Assembly: GCA_013388925.1 (NCBI GenBank)
Contig: JACAEJ010000012.1
Coordinates: 1-55,040, forward strand
Direction of reading: 5' to 3'
DNA length: 55,040 nt
From: Nitrososphaerales archaeon
GTDB lineage: Archaea; Thermoproteota; Nitrososphaeria; Nitrososphaerales; JACAEJ01
A program made the position numbers and the translations under genes. Below are positions 28,532 through 37,020 of the stretch, piece after piece. The notes below the pieces were generated by a model. That model worked only from the letters and a program-made list of their open reading frames with translations, made no database searches and was not told the origin of the DNA. Position 1 is the first letter of the stretch; every line of letters begins with the position of its first letter.

Positions 28532-29254
28532 TTACTTTACTCCAACCTTTCTCTCTTCAAAAGCTATATTTGCAGCATCGTAAGTTTCTTTCATCTCTTC
28601 CTCAGACGCAATACCAACAGCAACGCTATCCGCACAATTATAAACGAATTTAAAAGCATCTTTCGGTGCTAATCTGCCAGCTGCCAGTGGCTTTATCGCT
28701 ACAACCTTATTGGAGCATTCTCTTATCGCCTTCATACTAGTCTCAAAATCAGGCTCCATGCAGTACCCTATCGAATTTAGAGGCGCAAGTACTACCTCTA
28801 CCGGTATTCTCTTCTTCTTGATCCATGGGAGCGTTATGCCAGGTTGGTGAGTAGCAATGCCAGCAGTTGCACCGTGTTCTTTCACTATATCTATACGTTC
28901 CATAATCTCATTCACATCGAAACTATCTGCGATCTCTGCATGTATAGTGATGACCTCGGGCTCCAAAGGGCTGAGCCTCTCTAAAACCCTCCTCAACCCT
29001 ACTCCAGAGAGATCTGTTGAATAGATCACAAAGGGCTTCACCCTAGCTGCAAAAGATGCTTCGATGAGAGCGCTAACAGGTCTATCGGATAAGAGCTGAA
29101 CCGATTTCACATTAAGATCGAAGCTCTTTTTGAATAACTTAACCATATTCTCTGGTTGGAGGTAAAACTTCTGATAGTAGTGGTATGCCTTCGCTCCGAA
29201 CTGTCCTGCACCGATAAAAGGGCTACAACCTAATAGGATTGAAGGGAGTTTCAT
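28532..29254 (-). CDS. Hypothetical protein (possibly an aldo/keto-reductase-like TIM barrel)
   Basis: 240 aa, AT-rich. LLGCSPFIGAGQFG near the N-terminus and IKPLAAGRL near the C-terminus weakly recall AKR-like proteins. Not verified. Confidence 0.4.
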   Translation of the reverse strand: MKLPSILLGCSPFIGAGQFGAKAYHYYQKFYLQPENMVKLFKKSFDLNVKSVQLLSDRPVSALIEASFAARVKPFVIYSTDLSGVGLRRVLERLSPLEPEVITIHAEIADSFDVNEIMERIDIVKEHGATAGIATHQPGITLPWIKKKRIPVEVVLAPLNSIGYCMEPDFETSMKAIRECSNKVVAIKPLAAGRLAPKDAFKFVYNCADSVAVGIASEEEMKETYDAANIAFEERKVGVK

Positions 29255-29291
29255 TTTTTATTACAACACAACTTAACTAAATAGATGAAGT

Positions 29292-29816
29292 CTAAATTAT
29301 CTTTTTCTCGGTCTCTCGATAGATTTTGCTTAGGTCATTGAATATGCGTCCATAACGCTTTACCTTGGTGCTTTCCCATTCTTCTCTGAAGTCCTCCCTC
29401 AAAATATAGATGCCATCTAGTTCGTGCTCGGCGATGATTCTATTCCTGCTCTTACCGTTAAATGACTCTCTTCTTGCGTTATTCATAATGATGAAGTCTT
29501 CGTCGTTATCTGTGGTGGCCAAGAATACTCTAATGCTTCTTGTTACGTCTGAAGAGACGAGCTTTAGCTTCCAATAGCATGCTTGTGCTATCCTCTCTCT
29601 TAGACTTGTCTTGCACGATATTATAGCTAGGATTTCGGACTTCCAAGGTTCCTCAAACGCATGGTTAACTATAGCTATATCGGTATCTGGCAGTAACAAG
29701 TACTTTCCATATTTTATGGCAAGCTTTCTCATAATGATTTCATCATTCTTGATTTCAGCTTCCGTAAGAATATCGAAACCTCTAAAATTCGGGTCTTTGG
29801 CTTTTAGTCTAGTCAC
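29292..29816 (-). CDS. PD-(D/E)xK type II restriction endonuclease-like protein (open frame continues to 30074 without a canonical start)
   Basis: LLPDTDIAIV ... EILAIISCKTSLRERIAQACYWKLKL is a PD ... (S/E)-x-K nuclease core of the kind seen in Cfr10I/NgoMIV-like enzymes. It sits immediately downstream of a DNA methyltransferase. The track ORF starts at GTG 29816. Confidence 0.55.
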   Translation of the reverse strand: MTRLKAKDPNFRGFDILTEAEIKNDEIIMRKLAIKYGKYLLLPDTDIAIVNHAFEEPWKSEILAIISCKTSLRERIAQACYWKLKLVSSDVTRSIRVFLATTDNDEDFIIMNNARRESFNGKSRNRIIAEHELDGIYILREDFREEWESTKVKRYGRIFNDLSKIYRETEKKII

Positions 29817-30092
29817 ATAGCCCTTAAGGATCGAATAAACTGCTTTTTGAAACTTATTGCCAATAAAAACGTGCCAAGACTGCTTGGGATCCTTGACTTC
29901 AGTGTGAAAATTCCTTAGCCGTTTAACGTAGTCGCCTTTAAGCTTTCTTATCTCATCCCAAGCTCTATCTGGGGCTATTTCTCCTCTCTCAACCTTTAGA
30001 ATTAGATTATTGACCTCACTTTTTGGATCAGTAATTGCTTTCTTGCTCCTAGAATAATAATCCAGTTCTTCAAGCTAGTATCCTCCACCTTC

Positions 30093-31370
30093 TCACTGAT
30101 TGGTTTTGGAGTGTTTAACCCTAGGATAACGTGCCCACTGAATTTTTCTTTCGCGGGGTGCTAAGGCATTAGGAGGTGTTTTTCGCATTATAAATAGATA
30201 CTTAAAACCACGTAGATAGAAGTTGAACCGCCTAGCCCGATTATACCATAAACTCGTATTGGAGGTTTGGCTTCTGCGAACTACACATACGACGTCTAAA
30301 GTGTCAAAATATTTACATAGTCGTTGGTAGACCTTGAAGCCCACTGGAGTAAACTTCTTCTTAACCCATTGATCTCCAATCAACCATCCAAGAACTTTGC
30401 AAGGCTTTAGCACCCTATGGCACTCTCCCATCACTTTCTCCAATTCATCGTAGAATTTTTCAATCTCGGAAGAGATTTTGCCTATGTCGTCCGGATGATC
30501 GTTGTATCTTACGTTGTCTCCGTATGGAGAGTCGATAAATATCATGTCAACAGAGTTCTCAGGAAGAGGGATATTTCTTGCATCGTTTTGAATGATGTCT
30601 GGCCTCGTGGGTGAAATATCATACGCAATGACCTTTCGACCTTCTTCCTTGCAGACATCAATTGTTGTGCCACTGCCAGCCATAGGATCGAGGACCAAAT
30701 CACCCGGCTCTGTGTAGCGTTGTACAAGGTTATAGATGATGAAGGCTGGCGTAACCCCAGGATATTTGTTATCTCCTTTAGGTTTCTTGCCATAGCTCTG
30801 CCTTGGATAATCCCATAATGTGGTGGCTTCGATTTGAGGTTTTTCTTCCTCCATCCCTACTGCTAAGGTGCCTGTACTTGATTGTTGTTTATCCTTTATG
30901 ACCGTTATCGCAGGGATCAGTGAGCCCCACGTAGATTCTTTCAAATACCCAAAATAGCTTAAGAGCAATTTTGTCCTAGTTTCATCCAATGGGGCGATCC
31001 AACTAATACCAAACCGAGAAAGTAGTTTCTTAGCTTTTTTAACGATCTTTATTTCTCCATCTTTTTCGACTTCCACTTGATAGGGATATTTACCACCCCA
31101 TGCCTCATGGACTATGTCTTTCTTACCATCAGACCTCGCCCTGAAGACACCATACAACGTATCTGAGTCAAAGTTAAGTAAGAACAAATAGTCTCCTTTT
31201 TTGGTCCGCAAAGTCTTATTGGCATGAACTTTATTGGTCGAAAAAAGCATCCTCTCAAGACACTCCCTTTCTGTCTTATTGGTGCATGCGAATATTTGTC
31301 CCCGCATGACCGATATTTCTTGAGTCGACTGTTCACTCAAATTGGGAAGCTGTATCTCTAACTCGCTCAT
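30093..31370 (-). CDS. DCD (PUA-like) domain fused to an N4/N6-type DNA methyltransferase
   Basis: 425 aa. Residues ~23-100 are GQIFACTNKTERECLERMLF ... GDYLFLLNFDSDTLYGVFRARSDGKKDIVHEAWGGKYPYQVEV (DCD hallmark). Then TLWDYP, AdoMet motif VLDPMAGSGTT, and catalytic IFIDSPYGD 45 aa further on. Confidence 0.8.
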   Translation of the reverse strand: MSELEIQLPNLSEQSTQEISVMRGQIFACTNKTERECLERMLFSTNKVHANKTLRTKKGDYLFLLNFDSDTLYGVFRARSDGKKDIVHEAWGGKYPYQVEVEKDGEIKIVKKAKKLLSRFGISWIAPLDETRTKLLLSYFGYLKESTWGSLIPAITVIKDKQQSSTGTLAVGMEEEKPQIEATTLWDYPRQSYGKKPKGDNKYPGVTPAFIIYNLVQRYTEPGDLVLDPMAGSGTTIDVCKEEGRKVIAYDISPTRPDIIQNDARNIPLPENSVDMIFIDSPYGDNVRYNDHPDDIGKISSEIEKFYDELEKVMGECHRVLKPCKVLGWLIGDQWVKKKFTPVGFKVYQRLCKYFDTLDVVCVVRRSQTSNTSLWYNRARRFNFYLRGFKYLFIMRKTPPNALAPRERKIQWARYPRVKHSKTNQ

Positions 31371-31614
31371 ATTATTCTACCTCCCCAAAGCTGGCGAGCT
31401 TAGCCTCCGCCATTAGCTCGATCCTACCATAATATCGTAGAGTGAACAATATAGAGTCATTCAAAAGTGAGCCGTACTTTCTATATAATCTCTTTGCCCA
31501 CCTTAGAAAATAGGCACCCCGAGGTAACAGTGCCAGCAAAACCTATCGGCGTAACGCTTAAAACAATAACATTTGCCTTAAAGAAGTTGGGCAAAACAGA
31601 ATCGTGGTGATTCT

Positions 31615-32208
31615 ATGTCTTTCTTCAAAAAGATTAAAGATAAAGTAACAGGTCCTAAAGCAAATATTTCGCTGAAGTTTAACAAAGACAATTTTATTTT
31701 GGGCGAAGACATCGAAGGTACTTTAACTGTGGCTTCAGAGGAGGAGTTTGATGCTACAGAAATAAGATTTGAAATCCAATGTGTTGAAGAAGCAAAAAAG
31801 ATAAGACGGATGTATGATGAAAGAGCCCGACGAGAAATTGAGACGGAGTCTTGGGAGTCAGCAACGCTCTATTCTGCCAGACCCACAGTTAGCGGTCCGA
31901 TGCACATAGCTAGGGGCTATATAGGAGCATTTCCATTCAGTATAAACATTCCATTGGGTGGAAGACCGACATACAAAAGCATCGATAGAAAGGTTGCATG
32001 GTCCATTAAAGGCGTAATCGCAGTTGATGGAAGGCCGGATGTGACAAGCAGAGCAATAGAGGTTCAGGTAGCCCAGAGTGCTACATCAATCATTAAGGAA
32101 AGAGAGGTTATCCGTGAAGTCGTTATGATACCATGCAAATACTGTGGGGCTCTAATGCCTCAAACAGCTACAGTCTGCCCGAATTGTGGCGCAAGAAGGA
32201 CGATATGA
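31615..32208 (+). CDS. Spo0M-like (arrestin-fold) protein with a C-terminal zinc ribbon
   Basis: 197 aa. The N-terminus MSFFKKIKDKVTGPKANISLKFNKDNFILGEDIEGTLTV parallels the Spo0M family N-terminus. The C-terminus is CKYCGALMPQTATVCPNCG. Confidence 0.6.
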   Translation: MSFFKKIKDKVTGPKANISLKFNKDNFILGEDIEGTLTVASEEEFDATEIRFEIQCVEEAKKIRRMYDERARREIETESWESATLYSARPTVSGPMHIARGYIGAFPFSINIPLGGRPTYKSIDRKVAWSIKGVIAVDGRPDVTSRAIEVQVAQSATSIIKEREVIREVVMIPCKYCGALMPQTATVCPNCGARRTI

Positions 32209-32292
32209 GAATTTGCTTGATGTGAAGTACTGTTAATAAACTAAATTAAGAAAAGATATTAGATAAGAGAAAGATAGACCTTATGATCGAAG

Positions 32293-33180
32293 TTGCCTCT
32301 AAGGATAGGGCTTATCACTAGGAATCCAGAATCTTGGTGCTCCGCCCAGATCATAAAGTCAATGTCTAAGAAGGGCATCGATTACAAATGCTTCAGCCTA
32401 TCAGATCTTGTTGCCAGAGTAGCGGGCAATCCTCTTGTTACAACTGTCGAGGGAGTGGATCTGCTCAAGGACCTGAATGGCGTCCTGATTCGCCCCATAG
32501 GCAGAGGGTCTTTGGAAGAGATCATCTCTAGGTTGGATATCCTTCGTACTTTAGAAAGAAGAGGCTTGCTTGTCGTAAATCCACCAAGGGCCATAGAGAT
32601 CTCTGCCGACAAGTACAGATCTTTGACACTGATAGAAGAGCAGGGGATACCAGTACCTCCCACCATAATCACAGAAGATACGGAGGCAGCTATGAGGGCC
32701 TTTGAAGAGCTGGGGGGAGACGTCGTTATGAAACCTCTGTTCGGTTCGAGGGGCATGGGGATAGGCAGAATCAACGACCCTGAAACAGCTTGGCGGACAT
32801 TTCATGCCTTGACATACACCCGTCATGTCCTCTACCTCCAAAAGTTCATCCCTCATGGTACTAGGGATATAAGGCTCTTTGTAATCGGCGATAAAGTAGT
32901 TGCATCCATGTACAGAGAAGCGGATAGTTGGAAGACCAACATAGATAGAGGTGCGAGACCGATTCCTCTTGAGTCATCAAGGGAGCTCGAAGACATAGCA
33001 GTAAAGGTCGCCAAGGCCATAGGCTGTAAGATCGCAGGAGTAGATGTAATGGAGAGCCGAGAAGGATACATGGTCAACGAGTTGAACAGCCAGCCAGGAT
33101 TCGGTGGACTTCAGATGGTGACGAAGGTCAACATAGCTGACAAGATAATAGAATATATGATCGAGAATATCCGACGGTAG
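32293..33180 (+). CDS. RimK-family ATP-grasp alpha-L-glutamate ligase (candidate H4MPT:glutamate ligase MptN)
   Basis: 295 aa. ATP-grasp motifs (VVMKPLFGSRGMGI, LQKFIP ... DIRLFVIG, GVDVME ... VNELNSQPGF). The MptN assignment rests only on adjacency to ftr/mer. Confidence 0.7.
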   Translation: MPLRIGLITRNPESWCSAQIIKSMSKKGIDYKCFSLSDLVARVAGNPLVTTVEGVDLLKDLNGVLIRPIGRGSLEEIISRLDILRTLERRGLLVVNPPRAIEISADKYRSLTLIEEQGIPVPPTIITEDTEAAMRAFEELGGDVVMKPLFGSRGMGIGRINDPETAWRTFHALTYTRHVLYLQKFIPHGTRDIRLFVIGDKVVASMYREADSWKTNIDRGARPIPLESSRELEDIAVKVAKAIGCKIAGVDVMESREGYMVNELNSQPGFGGLQMVTKVNIADKIIEYMIENIRR

Positions 33181-33242
33181 CATGCCCGGACTTATTCAAC
33201 TTGTGCTACGATCTTTTGAAGATCTATCTATTGTATGCTGAT

Positions 33243-34169
33243 TTACTTCATCTCTAGAGCATCTTTGAGCTTGATCAGGATCGGACCTAGCTTACCGCCG
33301 AAGTTCACCGCAGATATCTTCACTATGCCAGGGACCTTCATAGCCGCCTTTATGCTTACTGCTGTACCCCTCTTGATGATGTCTTCTGTCAAGCCGTTGA
33401 AGACGAGCTCGTATATGCTGTTTACACTTGAAGGGACCTTTGAATCTGGCACTACCCCCTTAAGAGCAGGGCAGAAGAAGTGGTTGGTCGTTGCGAGCAA
33501 CTTGTACTTCGAGGAGCCTACCTTCGATCCAGAGCGGCATATCCCCCCTGGGAAGGTCATCACCAATCCCTCGATCTTGCCCATGGCTTCTACTGCATCC
33601 TCCGATGCTTTAAGAGCCGCCTTCTGATTCTCACCCATTATCAGAAGGTTACCACCAGCCACGGCCTTCTTGAGACCGAACCTATCCTCTATCAAGAACT
33701 CTCCCTCCATCACAGGAATCCTCCAAACCTTCTTGCCGTAGGCCTTGTCCAGTCTCTCATAGCCATCTCCGAACATTCGAATGGATTTGCCCAGTCTAGT
33801 GTACTTTTTGGCATCTTGTATACCGTTAAAGATGGCTGTCGTTGGGCAAGTAAGGATGCACTGACCTATCCTAGCCAGAAGTTGGAACTTCAGCATGGGC
33901 AGAGTCCTATGGTAGATCTGAATCATGGCTCCAGGCCTACCGTCTGGTGTCTTGTCCGGGGGAACAAGACTCTCAAGACCGGCCTCTGCGGGGGACATGA
34001 TGATCGATGATGCGAAGCCCGTGGCAGTCTTTGCAGCAGTTAGAGCCCACTTCTCGTTCTCAGCGGTTATCAGAAGCCTACCTGCGAGCATAGGAAAGGC
34101 TTCAGCATATGTATCTTCAACTTCTACAGGCAATATTGTTAACCTCGCCTTTGGGTGTTGATTACTCAT
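33243..34169 (-). CDS. ftr: Formylmethanofuran:tetrahydromethanopterin N-formyltransferase
   Basis: 308 aa. VEVEDTYAEAFPMLAGRLLITA and the overall Ftr pattern and length. Confidence 0.9.
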   Translation of the reverse strand: MSNQHPKARLTILPVEVEDTYAEAFPMLAGRLLITAENEKWALTAAKTATGFASSIIMSPAEAGLESLVPPDKTPDGRPGAMIQIYHRTLPMLKFQLLARIGQCILTCPTTAIFNGIQDAKKYTRLGKSIRMFGDGYERLDKAYGKKVWRIPVMEGEFLIEDRFGLKKAVAGGNLLIMGENQKAALKASEDAVEAMGKIEGLVMTFPGGICRSGSKVGSSKYKLLATTNHFFCPALKGVVPDSKVPSSVNSIYELVFNGLTEDIIKRGTAVSIKAAMKVPGIVKISAVNFGGKLGPILIKLKDALEMK

Positions 34170-34264
34170 TTAAAATATTTTGCTAATCAGATATGAATAG
34201 GATCGATTCTCTAAAGAAAAAACAGTTATAAATGCCAAAAGGAATCGTAGGTTGGGGATAAATA

Positions 34265-34522
34265 TTGGCAGGATTAAATGAGATCATAAATAGAATCCCT
34301 CAAAGCTCGTTCGAAAAGGTTTCAGACGATTTAGTCAAGCTTCTTCTCGGCTCTGCAAATGCAGACAAAGTACCTGAGGGGCTTGCCAAGGGCATACTCC
34401 TGTCTTGGGAGTGTGATGAACTCACAAAGCCTTCAGGCCTTCGAACACTTCTTGAAGCATCCATGATTGCAGAGAAGGACAAGACAGTGGCTCTCCTTCA
34501 GGGCCTTGGGATCCAAGTGTAA
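34265..34522 (+). CDS. Small hypothetical protein upstream of mer
   Basis: 85 aa, TTG start. The stop TAA overlaps the first ATG of the mer frame (TAATG). No family recognised. Confidence 0.35.
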   Translation: MAGLNEIINRIPQSSFEKVSDDLVKLLLGSANADKVPEGLAKGILLSWECDELTKPSGLRTLLEASMIAEKDKTVALLQGLGIQV

Positions 34523-35529
34523 TGGAGGGGATGGCTATGTTCAAATTTGGAATCGAGTTCGTGCCAACAGACGTGTATTGGAAAGTTATCTACCATGCGA
34601 TACAGGCTGAGAAAGCCGGCTATGACTACGTCTGGATAACAGATCACTTCAACAACCGCAACGTCTATGTTCTACTCACCAACATAGCAGTCTACACGAA
34701 TAAGATTAAGTTCGGACCCGGTGTTACGAACCCCTACATGATTCACCCTATAATGACTGCCCAGTCCATGGCTTCGTTGAACGATATGGCTCCAGGGAGA
34801 GTAGCCTGCGGGCTCGGGACAGGGGACAAGACTACATTGGATATGGTGGGCGTAGAGAGGGCAAAGCCCTTGGCCGCTGTGAGAGAGGCTGTCAGGATTA
34901 TTCGTGACGTTACAACGGGCAAGGCTGTAAAGTTGGAGGGCGAGGTATTCAAGGTGGCTGGAGCGAAGATCAACTTCAAAGTGGCCAATCCAATACCCAT
35001 CTTCGTAGGCGCCCAGGGACCAAAGATGATATCTCTAGCTGCTGAGGTAGGGGATGGAGTTCTCATCAATGCATCCCATAGAAAGGACTTTGAGGATGCC
35101 ATGGGACATATAAAGGAAGGGGCCAGTAAGGCGTGCAAGAAGCTGGATGACTTGGAGGTTGTAGCTGCCACATCCTTCTCCGTGCATGAGGATGCCGCTA
35201 AGGCCCAAAAGGCCGCTACCATAGTTGCAGCCTTCATAGTCGCAGGTAGTCCTGAGCCTATCCTTCAGAGGCATAACATATCAATAGAGGCAGCAAACAA
35301 GCTAAGAGATGCCATAGCAAAGGGGATGTGGAAGGACGTATTCGCCAATGTTACGCCTGATATGATAGAAGCCTTCTCAATAGCTGGCACTCCTGACACG
35401 TGCATAGAGAAGATAGATCAGTTAAGGAAGATAGGAGTCACCCTATTCATAACAGGCTCACCGATAGGCCCGAATGTGAGAGATTCTATAAACCTCATAA
35501 AGAACAAGATAATACCACACTTTAAGTAA
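34522..35529 (+). CDS. mer: F420-dependent 5,10-methylenetetrahydromethanopterin reductase
   Basis: MFKFGIEFVPTD ... YDYVWITDHFNNRN is a luciferase-like TIM barrel typical of Mer. The likely start is ATG 34531 or 34537. Confidence 0.9.
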   Translation: MEGMAMFKFGIEFVPTDVYWKVIYHAIQAEKAGYDYVWITDHFNNRNVYVLLTNIAVYTNKIKFGPGVTNPYMIHPIMTAQSMASLNDMAPGRVACGLGTGDKTTLDMVGVERAKPLAAVREAVRIIRDVTTGKAVKLEGEVFKVAGAKINFKVANPIPIFVGAQGPKMISLAAEVGDGVLINASHRKDFEDAMGHIKEGASKACKKLDDLEVVAATSFSVHEDAAKAQKAATIVAAFIVAGSPEPILQRHNISIEAANKLRDAIAKGMWKDVFANVTPDMIEAFSIAGTPDTCIEKIDQLRKIGVTLFITGSPIGPNVRDSINLIKNKIIPHFK

Positions 35530-35706
35530 GTCAGGTACATTTCAAGTCTGGCAGAAAAGGAGTCATACGGCTAGTGTAAAATATACTTTTTCATATATGA
35601 ATATCGGATTTCTGCCCATCAACTCGTGATCTATTTTATGTAGGAAAAATTCTTAATAGGAGCCATAGCGAAGAGTTTATCAACTATTGAAATCAGGGTC
35701 CTTCTA

Positions 35707-37020
35707 ATGCAGCGTACGAGCTTGATCGACAAAGAGCTTCAGGATAAGGTTCTGTCAGACCAAGGGTTGACCTTCTCCGAAAAGATTCTTTCACTAAAAA
35801 GGAGTGATGAACCTGGGAAGATAGCTTTAGCAAGTGAAATTATGGTAGCAAAGGTCGATCTTGCCATGGCCCATGATGGGACTGCTCCTCTCGCTATAAA
35901 GGTTCTTGGAGAGTTAGGGATAAAGAGGGTTTGGGACAGCAGCAAGGTCATTTTGCACATAGACCATACATATCCTGCTTCCTCTGAACATATAGCCAAT
36001 TTTCATTCCATTATGAGGAAGTTCGCCAAGGACCAAGGATGCTACATACAGGAAGGCAATATTTGCCATCAGTACATGCTTGAACATTTCGTAGTTCCAG
36101 GGATGCTGGTAATAGGCGCCGACTCCCACACAACTACTCAAGGTTCTTTAGGGGCTTTCGCTACTGGCGTAGGCAGCACAGAAATAGCCGCTGTATGGGC
36201 AAGTGGTAAAATCTGGTTGAAGGTCCCCGACTCTGTAAAGGTAGTATTTGACGGCCGTCTGCCACTGGGGGTGTACGCAAAAGATCTAATCCTTTTTACC
36301 ATAGGAAAGATTTCTAGCGAAGGGGCCAACTATAAGGCCATAGAGTTTACTGGTAGTACAGTAAAAGACCTGTCGATAGATTCAAGGGCAACTCTGTGTA
36401 ACATGAGTATAGAGGCTGGAGCGAAAACAGGAATAGTTGAGGCAGACAGTGTAACAAAAGAGTATTTGACATCATTAGGAAGAGAAGTTCTTGTTGATGT
36501 CCATGGAGGAAAAGAGGCGATATACGACAAAGTTGTAGAAGAAGATGTAGAGCATATGGAGCCATACGTTGCGCTGCCCCATAGTGTAGATAACGTAAAA
36601 GCTGTGAGGGAGGTTGAAGGAATACCCATAGACCAGGCCTTTTTAGGAAGTTGCACAAATGCAAGGCTCGAAGACTTTTTAATAGCCATGAAGATGCTCA
36701 AGGGCAGAAAGATTAAGAAAGGTGTAAGGTTCATAGTCACACCAGCGTCAAAATCGGTCTACGAAGAGGTTTTAAAGAAAGGAATTATGGATGTGTTGTT
36801 GGAGGCTGGTGCATTGATAACAGCCCCAACTTGTGGAGCATGTGTTGGTACTCACTGTGGCGTACTTGGAGCTGGTGAAGTATGCATATCCAGTAGCAAT
36901 AGGAACTTTATAGGACGGATGGGATCGAGTGAGTCTAAGGTTTATTTGGCATCGCCAGCAACAGTAGTTGCTTCGGCCATCGAAGGAGTCATAGCCGATC
37001 CTAGGGATTACTTGAGGTGA
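35707..37020 (+). CDS. leuC: 3-isopropylmalate/homoaconitate dehydratase large subunit (LeuC/HacA family)
   Basis: 437 aa. Aconitase-family motifs DLAMAHDGT, GADSHT, GSCTNAR and CGACVG. LeuC and HacA cannot be separated by eye. Confidence 0.9.
   Translation: MQRTSLIDKELQDKVLSDQGLTFSEKILSLKRSDEPGKIALASEIMVAKVDLAMAHDGTAPLAIKVLGELGIKRVWDSSKVILHIDHTYPASSEHIANFHSIMRKFAKDQGCYIQEGNICHQYMLEHFVVPGMLVIGADSHTTTQGSLGAFATGVGSTEIAAVWASGKIWLKVPDSVKVVFDGRLPLGVYAKDLILFTIGKISSEGANYKAIEFTGSTVKDLSIDSRATLCNMSIEAGAKTGIVEADSVTKEYLTSLGREVLVDVHGGKEAIYDKVVEEDVEHMEPYVALPHSVDNVKAVREVEGIPIDQAFLGSCTNARLEDFLIAMKMLKGRKIKKGVRFIVTPASKSVYEEVLKKGIMDVLLEAGALITAPTCGACVGTHCGVLGAGEVCISSSNRNFIGRMGSSESKVYLASPATVVASAIEGVIADPRDYLR

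Noticed and set aside
33235-35274. ORFs 33235..33627 (+), 33480..34010 (+), 33925..34161 (+), 34743..35237 (-) and 35035..35274 (-).
   Set aside because: They are antisense or out-of-frame shadows of ftr and mer, with no recognisable motifs.
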